From contig JBATJK010000179.1 of NCBI GenBank assembly GCA_049668445.1, positions 10,567-74,566 of the forward strand: a stretch of 64,000 nucleotides of DNA, written 5' to 3'. Below are positions 20,804-30,579 of this stretch, piece after piece. The stretch comes from Gemmatimonadota bacterium (GTDB lineage: Bacteria; Gemmatimonadota; Gemmatimonadetes; Palauibacterales; Palauibacteraceae). The notes below the pieces were generated by a model, which did not search any database, was not told the DNA's origin, and was given only the letters and a program-made list of their open reading frames with translations. Position numbers and translations under genes: made by a program. How positions within the stretch are numbered: position 1 is the stretch's first letter; each line of letters begins with the position of its first letter.

Positions 20804-22003
20804 ATGTCAGGTACAGGATCGCCCCCGGTCGACCTCGACGTCGCGGACGGGACTCGCTGCACCCATCCGGGACGCGGTATCATTCTCACGGAATCGAACC
20901 CCCGTGAGGAGCGCGTGCGCTACATAGGAAACAAGACGAAGCTCGTCCCGTTTCTCCTCGAGACGATCGGCGAGCTGGACCTCGCACCGGGGGTGGCCTG
21001 CGATCCGTTCGCCGGCACCGCGAGTGTCGGGCGCGCGCTCAAGAGCACAGGCTGGCGCGTGCACTGCGGCGATCTCCTGGCGGTGTCCTACGCGTACCAG
21101 GTGGCGCGGGTCGAACTCGACCGGACCCCCCGCTATCCGGGAGTCCTCTCGGGAGGCAGCGCGAGTCGAAGAGCCATGAGCTACGGGGCCGTTCTGCGCG
21201 TACTCGAGGCTCTGCCCCCCAGGCCCGGCTTCGTCACCGAACACTATACGCCGGCCGGCGAGGACGGGCGTGAGCATGGTCGCATGTACTTCACGCCGGA
21301 GAACGGCGCCACGATCGACGCGATCCGGGATCGAATCTCGGACTGGCGCCGCGACGACCTGATCGATCATGCCGGTGCACAACTTCTGTTGGCCACCCTG
21401 ATCCAGGCCGCGGACCGGGTCGCGAACACCACCGGGGTCTACGCTTCCTTCGTGAAGACCTGGCAGCCCAACGCCACACGACGAATCCGCCTCAAGCCGT
21501 TGAGGCCGACCGTACCCCCGGCTTCCTCCGCATTGGGGTGTACGGCGTTCTGCGGACGAGCCGAGACCTTGTTGAGGAAGGCCGGACCGTTGGACCTGTT
21601 GTACCTGGACCCGCCGTACAACGAGAGGCAATATCCGGGCTACTACCACTTGCCGGAACTCCTGGCCCAGGGGTGGGAACCTCCCCCGGAGCTCCGGGGC
21701 AAGACAGGGCTGATACCGGATCGCGACCTGCGCTCCGACTGGTGCCGGCGGGGACGGTGTGAGGCCGCCCTGCGCTCGATCCTGGACCTGGCCGACGCCC
21801 GGCACGTGCTGCTCAGCTACAACGACGAGGGTCTGTTGCCGCGCGAGTTAATCGAGGATGCGTTTCGTGCGTCCGGAAACCCGGACACCTTCCGCGTGTT
21901 CACGCGCGGCTATCGGCGGTATCGCAGTGACTCCGATGGGCCCGGCCGCCGGTACAGCACGGACGCCGTCCGGGAGCGGGTGTACTACGTGAGGAAGCCG
22001 TGA
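20804..22003 (+). CDS. DNA adenine methyltransferase, Dam/D12 (alpha) class; apparent orphan
   Basis: Motif order RYIGNKTKL (D12 N-terminal motif), FxGxG DPFAGTASVG, then DPPY (LLYLDPPYNE). No restriction endonuclease gene adjacent. Alternative start GTG at 20915 (V-R-Y-I-G-N-K) with AGGAG just upstream. Confidence 0.75.
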   Translation: MSGTGSPPVDLDVADGTRCTHPGRGIILTESNPREERVRYIGNKTKLVPFLLETIGELDLAPGVACDPFAGTASVGRALKSTGWRVHCGDLLAVSYAYQVARVELDRTPRYPGVLSGGSASRRAMSYGAVLRVLEALPPRPGFVTEHYTPAGEDGREHGRMYFTPENGATIDAIRDRISDWRRDDLIDHAGAQLLLATLIQAADRVANTTGVYASFVKTWQPNATRRIRLKPLRPTVPPASSALGCTAFCGRAETLLRKAGPLDLLYLDPPYNERQYPGYYHLPELLAQGWEPPPELRGKTGLIPDRDLRSDWCRRGRCEAALRSILDLADARHVLLSYNDEGLLPRELIEDAFRASGNPDTFRVFTRGYRRYRSDSDGPGRRYSTDAVRERVYYVRKP

Positions 22004-22059
22004 CGCCCCGCGCAGCGAGCCGGAAGGGCACCAAAGTCGGTCCAGAACGTATAGCCAGC

Positions 22060-23172
22060 ATGACACGGAAACGCCTGCGCCACTCACTCTGTGTGACAAG
22101 CATTGCCGCCATGGCACTACTCACGGCCTGCTCCCCGGGCTACGTACTGCGTGCGGGCTGGGAGGAAGCGAAGATCCTCACTGCCCGCCGACCGATCCAC
22201 GAGATCGTGCACGACACGACAGCTTCGGCCGAGCTGCGCGGAAAGCTCAGGCTGGTGCAGCACGCCCGCGAGTACGCCGAGCGGACTCTCGAACTGGTAC
22301 CGGAGGATGCGTTTACCAGCTACGTCGAGCTGGAACGGGACACCCTGCTGATGGTGGTCAACGCGGCGCACGAGTTCGAGCTTCGGTGGAAGACCTGGTG
22401 GTTTCCGATCGTCGGGCGCTTGCCCTACAAAGGGTACTTCGACTTCGAGAAGGCCCGACGAGAGGCAGGGAAGCTCGATGAACAGGGATACGACACCTGG
22501 GTCCGGCCGTCGAGCGCTTTCAGCACTCTCGGCTGGTTTCCCGACCCGTTGATGTCGACGACACTCCGGGCCGACAGTGTCGGAATCGTGGAGACGGTGA
22601 TCCACGAGATCACTCACAGCACGTTCTTCCCGAAGGGGCAGGCCCGATTCAACGAGAGCTTCGCCAACTTCGTGGGCCATCGGGGGGCCATCTCGTTCTT
22701 CTGTGACGGGATTGCCGAAGAGGAGTTGTGCGAAGCCGCCGAAGACCGCTGGCATGACACCCGTGTGTTCGGACGGTTCTTCCACTCCGTGCTCGACCCG
22801 CTCCAAGCGTTGTACTCTTCCGAGCTGCCGGCCGACGAGATGCGTACGGAGAAGGCGAGGATTCTCCGGGAGGCGGCCGCGAGGTTCGAGACCGAGGTCC
22901 AGGCCGAGTTCCGGTCCGGGCGGTATCGCGGACTGGATCCCGAGCGCGTCAACAATGCCTGGCTCCTGTCCCGGGTGCTTTACTACACTCGCCTGGACGA
23001 CATGGAAGACCTGTATCAGCAGTCGGGCAGCCTGTCGTTGGCCGTCCGCGAGGTGATCCGGGAAACCGGGAGCGGAGACCCCTGGGAAGCCCTCGACCGA
23101 CTCCTCGCGCGACCGAAGGCAGTAGCCCGGGTTCCGCGGTCGGCTAGTGCGATCGAGACTGCGGTTCGCTAG
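22060..23172 (+). CDS. Putative zinc metallopeptidase lipoprotein (HExxH; predicted aminopeptidase, DUF2265/COG4324-like)
   Basis: Lipoprotein signal MTRKRLRHSLCVTSIAAMALLTACS; HEITH zinc-binding motif. The track ORF starts at a GTG at 22000 overlapping the methyltransferase stop; the signal-peptide position favours 22060. Confidence 0.6.
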   Translation: MTRKRLRHSLCVTSIAAMALLTACSPGYVLRAGWEEAKILTARRPIHEIVHDTTASAELRGKLRLVQHAREYAERTLELVPEDAFTSYVELERDTLLMVVNAAHEFELRWKTWWFPIVGRLPYKGYFDFEKARREAGKLDEQGYDTWVRPSSAFSTLGWFPDPLMSTTLRADSVGIVETVIHEITHSTFFPKGQARFNESFANFVGHRGAISFFCDGIAEEELCEAAEDRWHDTRVFGRFFHSVLDPLQALYSSELPADEMRTEKARILREAAARFETEVQAEFRSGRYRGLDPERVNNAWLLSRVLYYTRLDDMEDLYQQSGSLSLAVREVIRETGSGDPWEALDRLLARPKAVARVPRSASAIETAVR

Positions 23173-23183
23173 GTTCGAGCGCC

Positions 23184-24056
23184 ATGTACCAGAGCATCCT
23201 GATCGGCGTCGACTTCTCCGACACGTCCGTAGAGACCGTCCGTTGGGCCGTGTCGCGCTTCCCCGAAGCGGACATCACCCTCTTTCACGCCATCGAGCGC
23301 CTTGGCGTTCCCGGTTACCTGACACGCGAACTCGGGCCGAAGCTCGGCATGGTCCAGGAACGTGAACTCGACGCCCGGGCCAATCTCGAAGAGATCGCGG
23401 CGCAGTGCGGCATCGATGCGAGGGTGGAAGTCCGGGCGGGGTGGACTCCGGAGGCGCTGGTTGCCGTTGCCGAGGAGATTCACGCCGAACTCGTGGTGGT
23501 CGGGGCCCACCAGAAACGGATGTGGCCGTCGGACGAAGTCGGGAACACGTGTGTGGCCATCGTCCGTAAGGCCACCGTTCCGGTCCTGGTGTGGAGACCG
23601 ATTCGCCAGGAAACGGACAAGACGATCCTCGCGGCCCTCGACCTGAGGGACGGCAGCGCCCCGATCGCAGCCACCGGGGCCCGTTACGCTTCGTATTTCG
23701 GCACGCGCCTGGTGCTGATGCATGCCATGCCCGGTACCCTGCAGGCGTATGTGCGAGTGGTCAGTTCCCCGACCAAGACCGACGAGACGATCCGGCTCCT
23801 CGAGCAGCGCGCGCGGGACGAGGCCCTCGCGCGAGTCCCAGCGGAGTTCAGGGAGGGAATCGAGATCCAGACCGCGATCGTGCGCGGCCGACCGATCGTG
23901 CACCACATCCTCACCGTGGCCGAGGCCGAGGCGGTCGACCTGATCGTCATCGGCAAGTATCACGCACCGGGACTCAAGGGTCGAGTCATCCTCGGCGGTA
24001 TCACTCGGCAGATCATCCAGGGAGCGAACTGCTCCGTTCTCACCGTGCCGGTCTGA
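23184..24056 (+). CDS. Universal stress protein, tandem UspA domains
   Basis: Two Usp domains (MYQSILIGVDFSDTS...; KTILAALDLRDGS...), C-terminal G-x2-G-x9-G-S ATP-binding-like region. Confidence 0.85.
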   Translation: MYQSILIGVDFSDTSVETVRWAVSRFPEADITLFHAIERLGVPGYLTRELGPKLGMVQERELDARANLEEIAAQCGIDARVEVRAGWTPEALVAVAEEIHAELVVVGAHQKRMWPSDEVGNTCVAIVRKATVPVLVWRPIRQETDKTILAALDLRDGSAPIAATGARYASYFGTRLVLMHAMPGTLQAYVRVVSSPTKTDETIRLLEQRARDEALARVPAEFREGIEIQTAIVRGRPIVHHILTVAEAEAVDLIVIGKYHAPGLKGRVILGGITRQIIQGANCSVLTVPV

Positions 24057-24060
24057 CCCC

Positions 24061-24369
24061 GTGTCCGGGCCCGACGTCCCCGCCCCCGGTACCCTTACAT
24101 GCGTGAGGTGCGGCAAGCCCGACCAGGAACCCATCTCCAGGCCACCGTTCCCGAACGAGCTGGGGCAGAGGCTGGTGTCCGAGATCTGCTCGGAATGCTG
24201 GAACGAGTGGAAGCAGCGGCAAATGCTCCTGATCAACCACTACGGACTGAACGTGCGCGACCCGCAAGCCCGCGAGTTCCTGGTGACCAACCTGCGCACC
24301 TTCCTGTTCGACGAAGGCGATGACCAGGCCGAGATCGACACGTCCCGGGAAGGAGACGTCAGCTGGTGA
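24061..24369 (+). CDS. yggX: Fe(2+)-trafficking / oxidative-damage protection protein YggX
   Basis: Strong similarity to E. coli YggX (CxxC...GxRxxxEICxECWxEWxxxQxMLINxxxLN); about 90-100 aa. Confidence 0.8.
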   Translation: MSGPDVPAPGTLTCVRCGKPDQEPISRPPFPNELGQRLVSEICSECWNEWKQRQMLLINHYGLNVRDPQAREFLVTNLRTFLFDEGDDQAEIDTSREGDVSW

Positions 24370-26824
24370 CCACCAGGTTCAGCATCCGATCGGGCACGTG
24401 GATCGTCTTCCGGATGGATCCTTCACCGATGTGACGCTGCACGGATTCGTCTGCCAATGCCGCAGCCTTCGCCACCTCCTCGCTCGCCCCCCGCTCCAGA
24501 GAGATCGTCGCCCGGAGCTTACCGTTCACCTGGACCGGGATCTCCACCGTGTCCGTGGCAAGCTTGTCGGGATCGAACGTCGGCCACGAAGCGTGATCGA
24601 ACAGGCTCGACTCACCGCCGAGCTGCTCCCATAGCTCCTCCGCGAGGTGCGGTGCGATGGGACCCAGCATGATCACCAGCGGCCGGATCTCGTCGAGCGT
24701 GGGCACCCTGCCCGAGGCTCTAAGCGTATTCAGGAGCTCCATCAGAGCGGCGATGGCCGTGTTGAACGACAGACCGGCGAAGTCATCCGTGGCCTGGCTT
24801 ATCGTCTGGTGAACCGCACGCTCCACGGCCGCGTCCGGAAAACCGGTGGCCCCCTCCTCCACCGCGGCCTCCACGGCGTCCGTCACGCGGGAGAGGAACC
24901 GCTGTGGTCCGACGATACCGCTATCCCTGAAGTCGCCACCCTCCTGGTACGGTCCGAGGAACATCAGGTACGTTCGGAAGGTGTCGGCCCCGAACCGGTC
25001 GATGTACTCGTCCGGGTTGACGACGTTGCCTTTCGTCTTGGACATCTTGGCGCCTTCCCGGATGATCAGGCCGTGCTTCCGGAAGCGCACGTACGGCTCC
25101 TCGAACGGGATGTGCCCCAGGTCGTGCAGCACCATCGTGATGAATCGAGAATACAGGAGATGCAGGACTGCGTGCTCCTCCCCACCGATGTACATGTCCA
25201 CGGGTAACCAGCGTTCCGTGCGGGCAGGATCGATCGGACGGTCGTCGAAGTCCGTGCTCGGGTACCGCAGGAAATACCAGGAACTGTCGAGGAAGGTGTC
25301 CGACACATCGGTTTCCCGGCGCGCTTCCCCTCCACAGGACGGGCAGGTCGCAAGGTAGAACGACTCGTCCTTGGCGAGCGGAGCGATTCCATCGTCCCCC
25401 GGCTTGAAGTTCTCCAGGTGCGGCAACACGACCGGAAGGTCCTCCACGGGAACCGGCACGGTCCCGCACGCGTCGCAATACAGGATGGGGATCGGCGGGC
25501 CCCAGTAGCGCTGACGCGAGATGCACCAGTCGTGCAGGCGGTAGTTCACCTTGGGTTCGGCAAGCCCCTGCTCTCCCAGCCACTCGACGATCCTCTCCGA
25601 GCCCACGGACGCCAGGAGGCCACTGAACTCGCCGGAGTTGATCAGCCGCTCGTCCTCGGAGTGCTCCACGAAGGCCTCGTCGCCCAGGTCCAGCTCTACG
25701 GATGACGGATCGGCCAACCCTGCGAACACCTCGGCCGGAGTCACGACGGGCAGGATCTCGAGTCCGAACTGGCGGGCAAACTCGAAGTCCCTCTGGTCGT
25801 GCCCGGGAACGGCCATGATCGCGCCGGTGCCGTATTCCATCAGGACGTAGTCGGCGATCCACACCGGGATGTTCTCGCCGGTCGCCGGATTGACCGCGTA
25901 GCCGCCGGTGAACACGCCCGTCTTGGTCCGATCGTCGGCCTTCCGCCTCTCGACGAGGTCGATCGCGGCGGCCGCGGAACGGTACACCTCGACCTCCGAA
26001 CGCTGCTCCGCAGTCGTCAGCGACTCGACCAGCGGGTGCTCGGGAGCGAGGACCATGAACGTTGCGCCGAAGATCGTGTCCGGCCGGGTCGTGAACACCT
26101 CCAGTGTCTCGTCGCCGTCACCGGCCAGGAGGAAACGGAGGAGGGCGCCTTCCGAGCGGCCGATCCAGTTACGCTGCGCCGTCAGCGTCGACGGCGACCA
26201 GTCGATCCAGTCGAGGTTCTCGAGCAGGCGCTCCACGTATTCCGTGATCCGGAAGAACCACTGGCTGAGAAGGCGTTGGCCCACCTCGGTGCCGCAGCGC
26301 TCGCACTTGCCACCCTCCACCTGCTCGTTGGCCAGGACGGTCTTGCACGAGGGGCACCAGTTGACCGGCGCCTCCTTCTTGACCGCGAGGCCCGCGCCAT
26401 AGAGCTGCAGGAAGATCCACTGGGTCCATCGGTAGTAGTCGGGGTCCGTCGTGTCGACCGTGTGCGACCAGTCGAACATGATTCCCGAGCGCTCCAGCTG
26501 CCGGGTGAAGTTCGCGATACTCCGCGGGATCAGATCCATCGGGTGGACGTTGACCTTGAGCGCGTAGTTCTCGGAGTGGATACCGAACGCGTCGAATCCG
26601 ATCGGCTCGAAGACGTCCTTCCCCTGCAATCGCTGGTACCGGGCGTGGAAATCGGCGCCCGTGAAGGCGTACAGGTTTCCGACGTGCAGACCCTCAGCCG
26701 ACGGATACGGAAACATCATCAGGTTGAAGAACGGGTTCGACGCCCCGTCCATGTCGGGCTCGTTGATTCCTCGGGCCGCCCAATAAGCCTGCCACTTCTT
26801 TTCCAGCGTCGTCGGATCGTACAT
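24359..26824 (-). CDS. leuS: Leucine--tRNA ligase
   Basis: Class I aaRS HIGH motif (HVGNLYAFTGADF), KMSKT motif (KMSKTKGN), CP1 editing domain; 821 aa. Confidence 0.97.
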   Translation of the reverse strand: MYDPTTLEKKWQAYWAARGINEPDMDGASNPFFNLMMFPYPSAEGLHVGNLYAFTGADFHARYQRLQGKDVFEPIGFDAFGIHSENYALKVNVHPMDLIPRSIANFTRQLERSGIMFDWSHTVDTTDPDYYRWTQWIFLQLYGAGLAVKKEAPVNWCPSCKTVLANEQVEGGKCERCGTEVGQRLLSQWFFRITEYVERLLENLDWIDWSPSTLTAQRNWIGRSEGALLRFLLAGDGDETLEVFTTRPDTIFGATFMVLAPEHPLVESLTTAEQRSEVEVYRSAAAAIDLVERRKADDRTKTGVFTGGYAVNPATGENIPVWIADYVLMEYGTGAIMAVPGHDQRDFEFARQFGLEILPVVTPAEVFAGLADPSSVELDLGDEAFVEHSEDERLINSGEFSGLLASVGSERIVEWLGEQGLAEPKVNYRLHDWCISRQRYWGPPIPILYCDACGTVPVPVEDLPVVLPHLENFKPGDDGIAPLAKDESFYLATCPSCGGEARRETDVSDTFLDSSWYFLRYPSTDFDDRPIDPARTERWLPVDMYIGGEEHAVLHLLYSRFITMVLHDLGHIPFEEPYVRFRKHGLIIREGAKMSKTKGNVVNPDEYIDRFGADTFRTYLMFLGPYQEGGDFRDSGIVGPQRFLSRVTDAVEAAVEEGATGFPDAAVERAVHQTISQATDDFAGLSFNTAIAALMELLNTLRASGRVPTLDEIRPLVIMLGPIAPHLAEELWEQLGGESSLFDHASWPTFDPDKLATDTVEIPVQVNGKLRATISLERGASEEVAKAAALADESVQRHIGEGSIRKTIHVPDRMLNLVVTS

Positions 26825-27014
26825 ATCTCACTGCCGGCGCTATCCGGCCTGTCGAATCTCTCGGGGTGGCCGTCCGGTCACGGGGGGACCCCGGCCGGCG
26901 GCGCTCGATTGCCAAGCGGGGGATTATGGGACGGCCCTTCCCCGGTCACAAGCTGAAGGTCATGCAGGTCATGCCTTGCTCCAGCCCGACCTCACGCCTA
27001 GGCTAGGCTCTCAT

Positions 27015-27650
27015 ATGAAACAGACCACGGAAATCGACGGTTGGCTGAGCCCCAGTGTGGCCCTCGTACTTCTCGAGTCTCTGCGCGACGTGGACACTCC
27101 GCCGGAGGTGCTCGAGGACGAGGCGTTTCACATCAGCCTTCCGCGGCGTCTCGGGCTGAGCGACGTCATCGACGGGCAGATGCGACGCTACGCCGACATG
27201 CGGAAGCGAAGGCGGCAACTGGAAGCCAGTGAGTTCCTGGATCTGCTTCGGCTCATCGCTCGCCGGCCTGACGCTCGCATGGTCTTTGAGGCCGCCGGGG
27301 ACCGGCTGGGGTCGGAGTATGTCTCGCGGACCCCGCGCGCCGCGGGCTTCGCGCGGCGGCTCTCACCGGCGGGATTCCGACGGCGATCGCTTCTGCGCCA
27401 TCTGCGGCGGGTCGCAGAATCTCTCAGCCCGGGCAGTGCGATCCGGTCCGACCGGACGGACCCGTCGATTTCGGTGGCGCATTGTCTTCCAGCTGTGGCC
27501 GATGGCACCGGGTCGGCCTGCGGGATCATCACGGCTGCGTTTACGGCGTGCGCTCACGGGCTGGGCGAATCGACGCCGGTTCGTCACCCGCGCTGCGAGA
27601 GCCGGGGAGACGACCAGTGCCTGTGGGAGGTCGCACCGCTGCAGAACTAG
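27015..27650 (+). CDS. Hypothetical protein (possibly V4R-like Cys-containing C-terminus)
   Basis: ORF with a coding-like pattern beginning MKQTTEIDGW; C-terminal Cys/His cluster (CAHGLG...HPRCESRGDDQC). Family uncertain. Confidence 0.4.
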   Translation: MKQTTEIDGWLSPSVALVLLESLRDVDTPPEVLEDEAFHISLPRRLGLSDVIDGQMRRYADMRKRRRQLEASEFLDLLRLIARRPDARMVFEAAGDRLGSEYVSRTPRAAGFARRLSPAGFRRRSLLRHLRRVAESLSPGSAIRSDRTDPSISVAHCLPAVADGTGSACGIITAAFTACAHGLGESTPVRHPRCESRGDDQCLWEVAPLQN

Positions 27651-28555
27651 CCCGCCGGCGATTCTCCTCCGTCCGGCTCACGATCGACCGCGTTCCACGG
27701 CTCCACGTGAACCACGGCGACCGAGAAACCCGCACCCTCCACGAGTCGGCGCTCCACCGCATCCGCCACCTGGTGGCCCGCTTCCACGGTCAGGTCTCCG
27801 TCTACTTCTACCGTGAGTTCCACGAACGCGGCGCCCTCGAGATCCCCCCGGCTCCGCACTTCGGTCACGTCTTGAACGCCGGCCACGTCTGAGACGAAGC
27901 GATGGATCCTGGCCGCGTCGATGGCAGCCTGGTCCACGAGGGAGGGAATGGCCTGCCTGAGTATCTCCCAGCCGCTGTGGGCGATGAGAAGCGCCACGAC
28001 AATTCCGAGCCAGGCATCGGCCGCCGTCCAGCCCCGGCTCACGATGAACAGGCCCCCCAGGACCGACGCGGTGACCAACACGTCGGTGCCGGTGTGACGT
28101 GCATCAGCCTTGAGGAGCACGCTGTTGAGTCGTTTCCCCGCCCGATTCTCGGTCCACGCCACCACCACGTTGACGGCCATCGTACCCAGGAGCACGGCGA
28201 AGGTGAGGGGCTCCAGGCGGGGGGGCGCCGCATCGCCGAGCAATCTTCCGATCGCGGCGCTCACCAGTTCGAAACAGGTGATGGAGAGGAAGGCTACGAC
28301 GGCGAGCGCGCCGAGCACTTCGAACTTCGCGTGGCCGTACGGGTGCTCGTCGTCCGGTGGAGCGGACGCGGCTTTCACCGCCGCGAGGCCGACCACGTTG
28401 TTGAGCGCATCCACCCCCGAGTGAGCGGCGTCTCCGAGGACCGCCAGGGAACCCGAGCGCAGGCCGATCCAGACCTTGGCGATGATCACGGCGAGATTCG
28501 CGAGCAGAACGGCCCACAGGACCCGGCGGACGGCCGCGTGTCGGTCCGAAGTCAC
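27647..28555 (-). CDS. Cation diffusion facilitator (CDF) family divalent-metal efflux transporter
   Basis: Six TM helices with HxxxD-type metal-binding motifs (GDAAHSGVDAL; ADARHTGTDVL) and a C-terminal cytoplasmic domain. Confidence 0.85.
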   Translation of the reverse strand: MTSDRHAAVRRVLWAVLLANLAVIIAKVWIGLRSGSLAVLGDAAHSGVDALNNVVGLAAVKAASAPPDDEHPYGHAKFEVLGALAVVAFLSITCFELVSAAIGRLLGDAAPPRLEPLTFAVLLGTMAVNVVVAWTENRAGKRLNSVLLKADARHTGTDVLVTASVLGGLFIVSRGWTAADAWLGIVVALLIAHSGWEILRQAIPSLVDQAAIDAARIHRFVSDVAGVQDVTEVRSRGDLEGAAFVELTVEVDGDLTVEAGHQVADAVERRLVEGAGFSVAVVHVEPWNAVDREPDGGESPAG

Positions 28556-28779
28556 CGGTTGGACCAGCGCCCGGTGCCGGGTCTTCGGCCACTCCCCCTG
28601 CGCCGGGATCCGCCCATTCGATCCAGGAGCAGGCGGATGGGGGCCCTGCGCGGAGCCTTTGCCCCCGTGTCCTCGTAGCGCTCGTACAGGCCCGGGTAGC
28701 CCAGACCGATCCAGACACCGACTGCCAGAGCCAGCACACTCGCGACAATCAGGAGTACGAGAAAGGTCTGGTCGGTCAT
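28552..28779 (-). CDS. Small single-TM membrane protein (hypothetical, 75 aa)
   Basis: Met at 28779 preceded by GGAGA; TM FLVLLIVASVLALAVGVWIGLGY; stop overlaps the CDF start (ATGA). The longer track ORF N-terminus is likely non-coding. Confidence 0.35.
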   Translation of the reverse strand: MTDQTFLVLLIVASVLALAVGVWIGLGYPGLYERYEDTGAKAPRRAPIRLLLDRMGGSRRRGSGRRPGTGRWSNR

Positions 28780-28988
28780 TCGTCCATCTCCGGGTTGCGC
28801 TACGCCGCTGCCTGAACCTCTATATGCCGTGCCCCGCTGACCGGACGCAACCTCTCGCGGTCCGCCAGGCCAACCGACATCCGCCTGCTTGCACATTCGC
28901 CCAGGGGAGGCCAGCTTTTGGTGAAACGTCGGCGCGTCGTGCCGGCGTCGTGCCTGACCCGGCAATTTCAACTTCAGGAGAGGTTACC

Positions 28989-30428
28989 GTGCGCGACTCC
29001 GACCTCCTTCGCTGCTCCTTCCGTCGGACTGTGAGAGCCAGCCTGGCCGTGCTGGGGCTTGCCGCTTTTGCGGGCGGCTGTGTGGACGAAGACACCGTGT
29101 ACAACGATCGGCCGTTCGGCGACGATCCGCCGGCCTCAGCCGGTGGCATGCTGGGATACGTGCAGGGACAGGCGGGAGAGCCGACGTGCGCCCAATGTCA
29201 CGCCACGCCGAGCGCGAGCTGGACCACGACGGCGCACGCCGGTGCGTGGAACACTCTTCAAGACAGCGGGCACGCGCAGGAATTCTGCGAGGCCTGCCAC
29301 GCGGTCAGTCAGCTCGGCAACGCGGCGACCGAGCCCGCCGGCTGGACGTCCACCGGGGATTCGAGGTACGTGGACGTGCAGTGCGAGGCGTGCCACGGGG
29401 CCGGTGAAACGCACGTGGCCAATCCGGAAGCCTCTCAGCCGCTGCCCTCGCTCGCGGTTGGCGCCGACCTTACGAACGGCTGCGGTGAGTGCCACAACGG
29501 CACGCACCATCCGTTCGTCGAGCAGTGGTCGTTGTCGAAGCACTCGGAGGTAGTCACTTTCGCCGCCAGTCGGCTCGAGTGCGCCGGCTGCCACCGGGGC
29601 CAGGGGACGCTGCTCGCATGGGGGGTCCGCTCCAACTACCTGGAGCGGGACTCTGAGGAGCCCCTCGCGGTCGTATGCGGCGTCTGTCATTCGATGCACG
29701 ACAACACGTTCGAGGGTCAGCTCAGGTTCCCGGTCCAGACGCCGGACGTCGAGGTTCACCTTTGCGCGCGGTGCCATAACCGGCGTTCCGTCGCGGATCC
29801 CAACTCCAGTCACGGCCTCGAGCCGCACGCTCCGGAGACGGCACACCTGGTGGGCGAGTCCGGCTGGGTACCCCCCGGATCGGGACTGGCCCTTGGTTCG
29901 ATCAGCATGACGCACGGATCGCCAAGCAATGAGAAGCTGTGCGCAACCTGCCACGTGGCCATGTACACGGTCACGGATCAGGCCACGGGGGAATTCGAGT
30001 TCCAGGCCGTTGGGCACACGTTCGAGTCAATCCCCTGCGTGGACGAGAGCGGTATCCCGAACGGCGAAGCGGACTGCGCCGTCGATGCCGGTGCCCGATC
30101 GTTCGCTGGCTGCGTGACCTCGGGCTGTCACTCGACCGCAGAATCCGCCGCCGCACTCCTGAACCTCCGGGCCGACAACATCGCGCTTCAGGTGGCGGTC
30201 CTGCTCGACCTGCTGGAGCAGGTGGATCCCAATCTCGATGAACCGGGTGGTGAGATCGACGCCACCGTCGCGACGTTCACCGTCGCCGAGGGCGGCTTCT
30301 TCAACTACAGCCTGGCGACCCATGGAGGCGACGTGTACGGGTCCACGACGCACAACGCTCCGTGGATGAGGGCGTTGCTGGAGGCCAGCATCACAGCGGT
30401 GCAGGACGAGTATGGAGTGAGTCCGTAA
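28989..30428 (+). CDS. Multiheme c-type cytochrome lipoprotein (8 canonical CxxCH plus one CxxxxCH)
   Basis: GTG start at 28989 after an AGGAGA RBS; lipobox LAVLGLAAFAGGC; heme motifs CAQCH, CEACH (x2), CGECH, CAGCH, CGVCH, CARCH, CATCH and an atypical CVTSGCH. Confidence 0.8.
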   Translation: MRDSDLLRCSFRRTVRASLAVLGLAAFAGGCVDEDTVYNDRPFGDDPPASAGGMLGYVQGQAGEPTCAQCHATPSASWTTTAHAGAWNTLQDSGHAQEFCEACHAVSQLGNAATEPAGWTSTGDSRYVDVQCEACHGAGETHVANPEASQPLPSLAVGADLTNGCGECHNGTHHPFVEQWSLSKHSEVVTFAASRLECAGCHRGQGTLLAWGVRSNYLERDSEEPLAVVCGVCHSMHDNTFEGQLRFPVQTPDVEVHLCARCHNRRSVADPNSSHGLEPHAPETAHLVGESGWVPPGSGLALGSISMTHGSPSNEKLCATCHVAMYTVTDQATGEFEFQAVGHTFESIPCVDESGIPNGEADCAVDAGARSFAGCVTSGCHSTAESAAALLNLRADNIALQVAVLLDLLEQVDPNLDEPGGEIDATVATFTVAEGGFFNYSLATHGGDVYGSTTHNAPWMRALLEASITAVQDEYGVSP

Positions 30429-30481
30429 GGGAGGGTTCTCTCGCAGGCACTACCCGGCGGCGACGCTCTCCGGGCCGAGAC

Positions 30482-30530
30482 AAACGAAAGACCCGCGGAA
30501 GCCACTGGCCTCCGCGGGTCTCTTGTTTCG
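30482..30530. terminator. Bidirectional rho-independent terminator between convergent cytochrome genes
   Basis: GACCCGCGGA-agccactggcc-TCCGCGGGTC stem-loop flanked by an A-tract (caaacgaaa) and a T-tract (tcttgttt). Confidence 0.6.
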
Positions 30531-30579
30531 GGAGAGGTCGTTTCCGCTCTCTCCTGTTCCGTTTACTGGCGTCCGACGA

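Noticed and set aside
20807-21805. 332-aa minus-strand ORF
   Set aside because: Antisense to the Dam-class methyltransferase (FxGxG and DPPY motifs on the plus strand).
25799-26956. 385-aa plus-strand ORF
   Set aside because: Antisense to leuS; low-complexity Arg/Val/Asp-rich translation.
26976-27014. TTG-initiated N-terminal extension of the 26976..27650 ORF
   Set aside because: The ORF track translates alternative starts as M. The internal ATG at 27015 gives a more plausible start, and the upstream extension overlaps the leuS promoter region.
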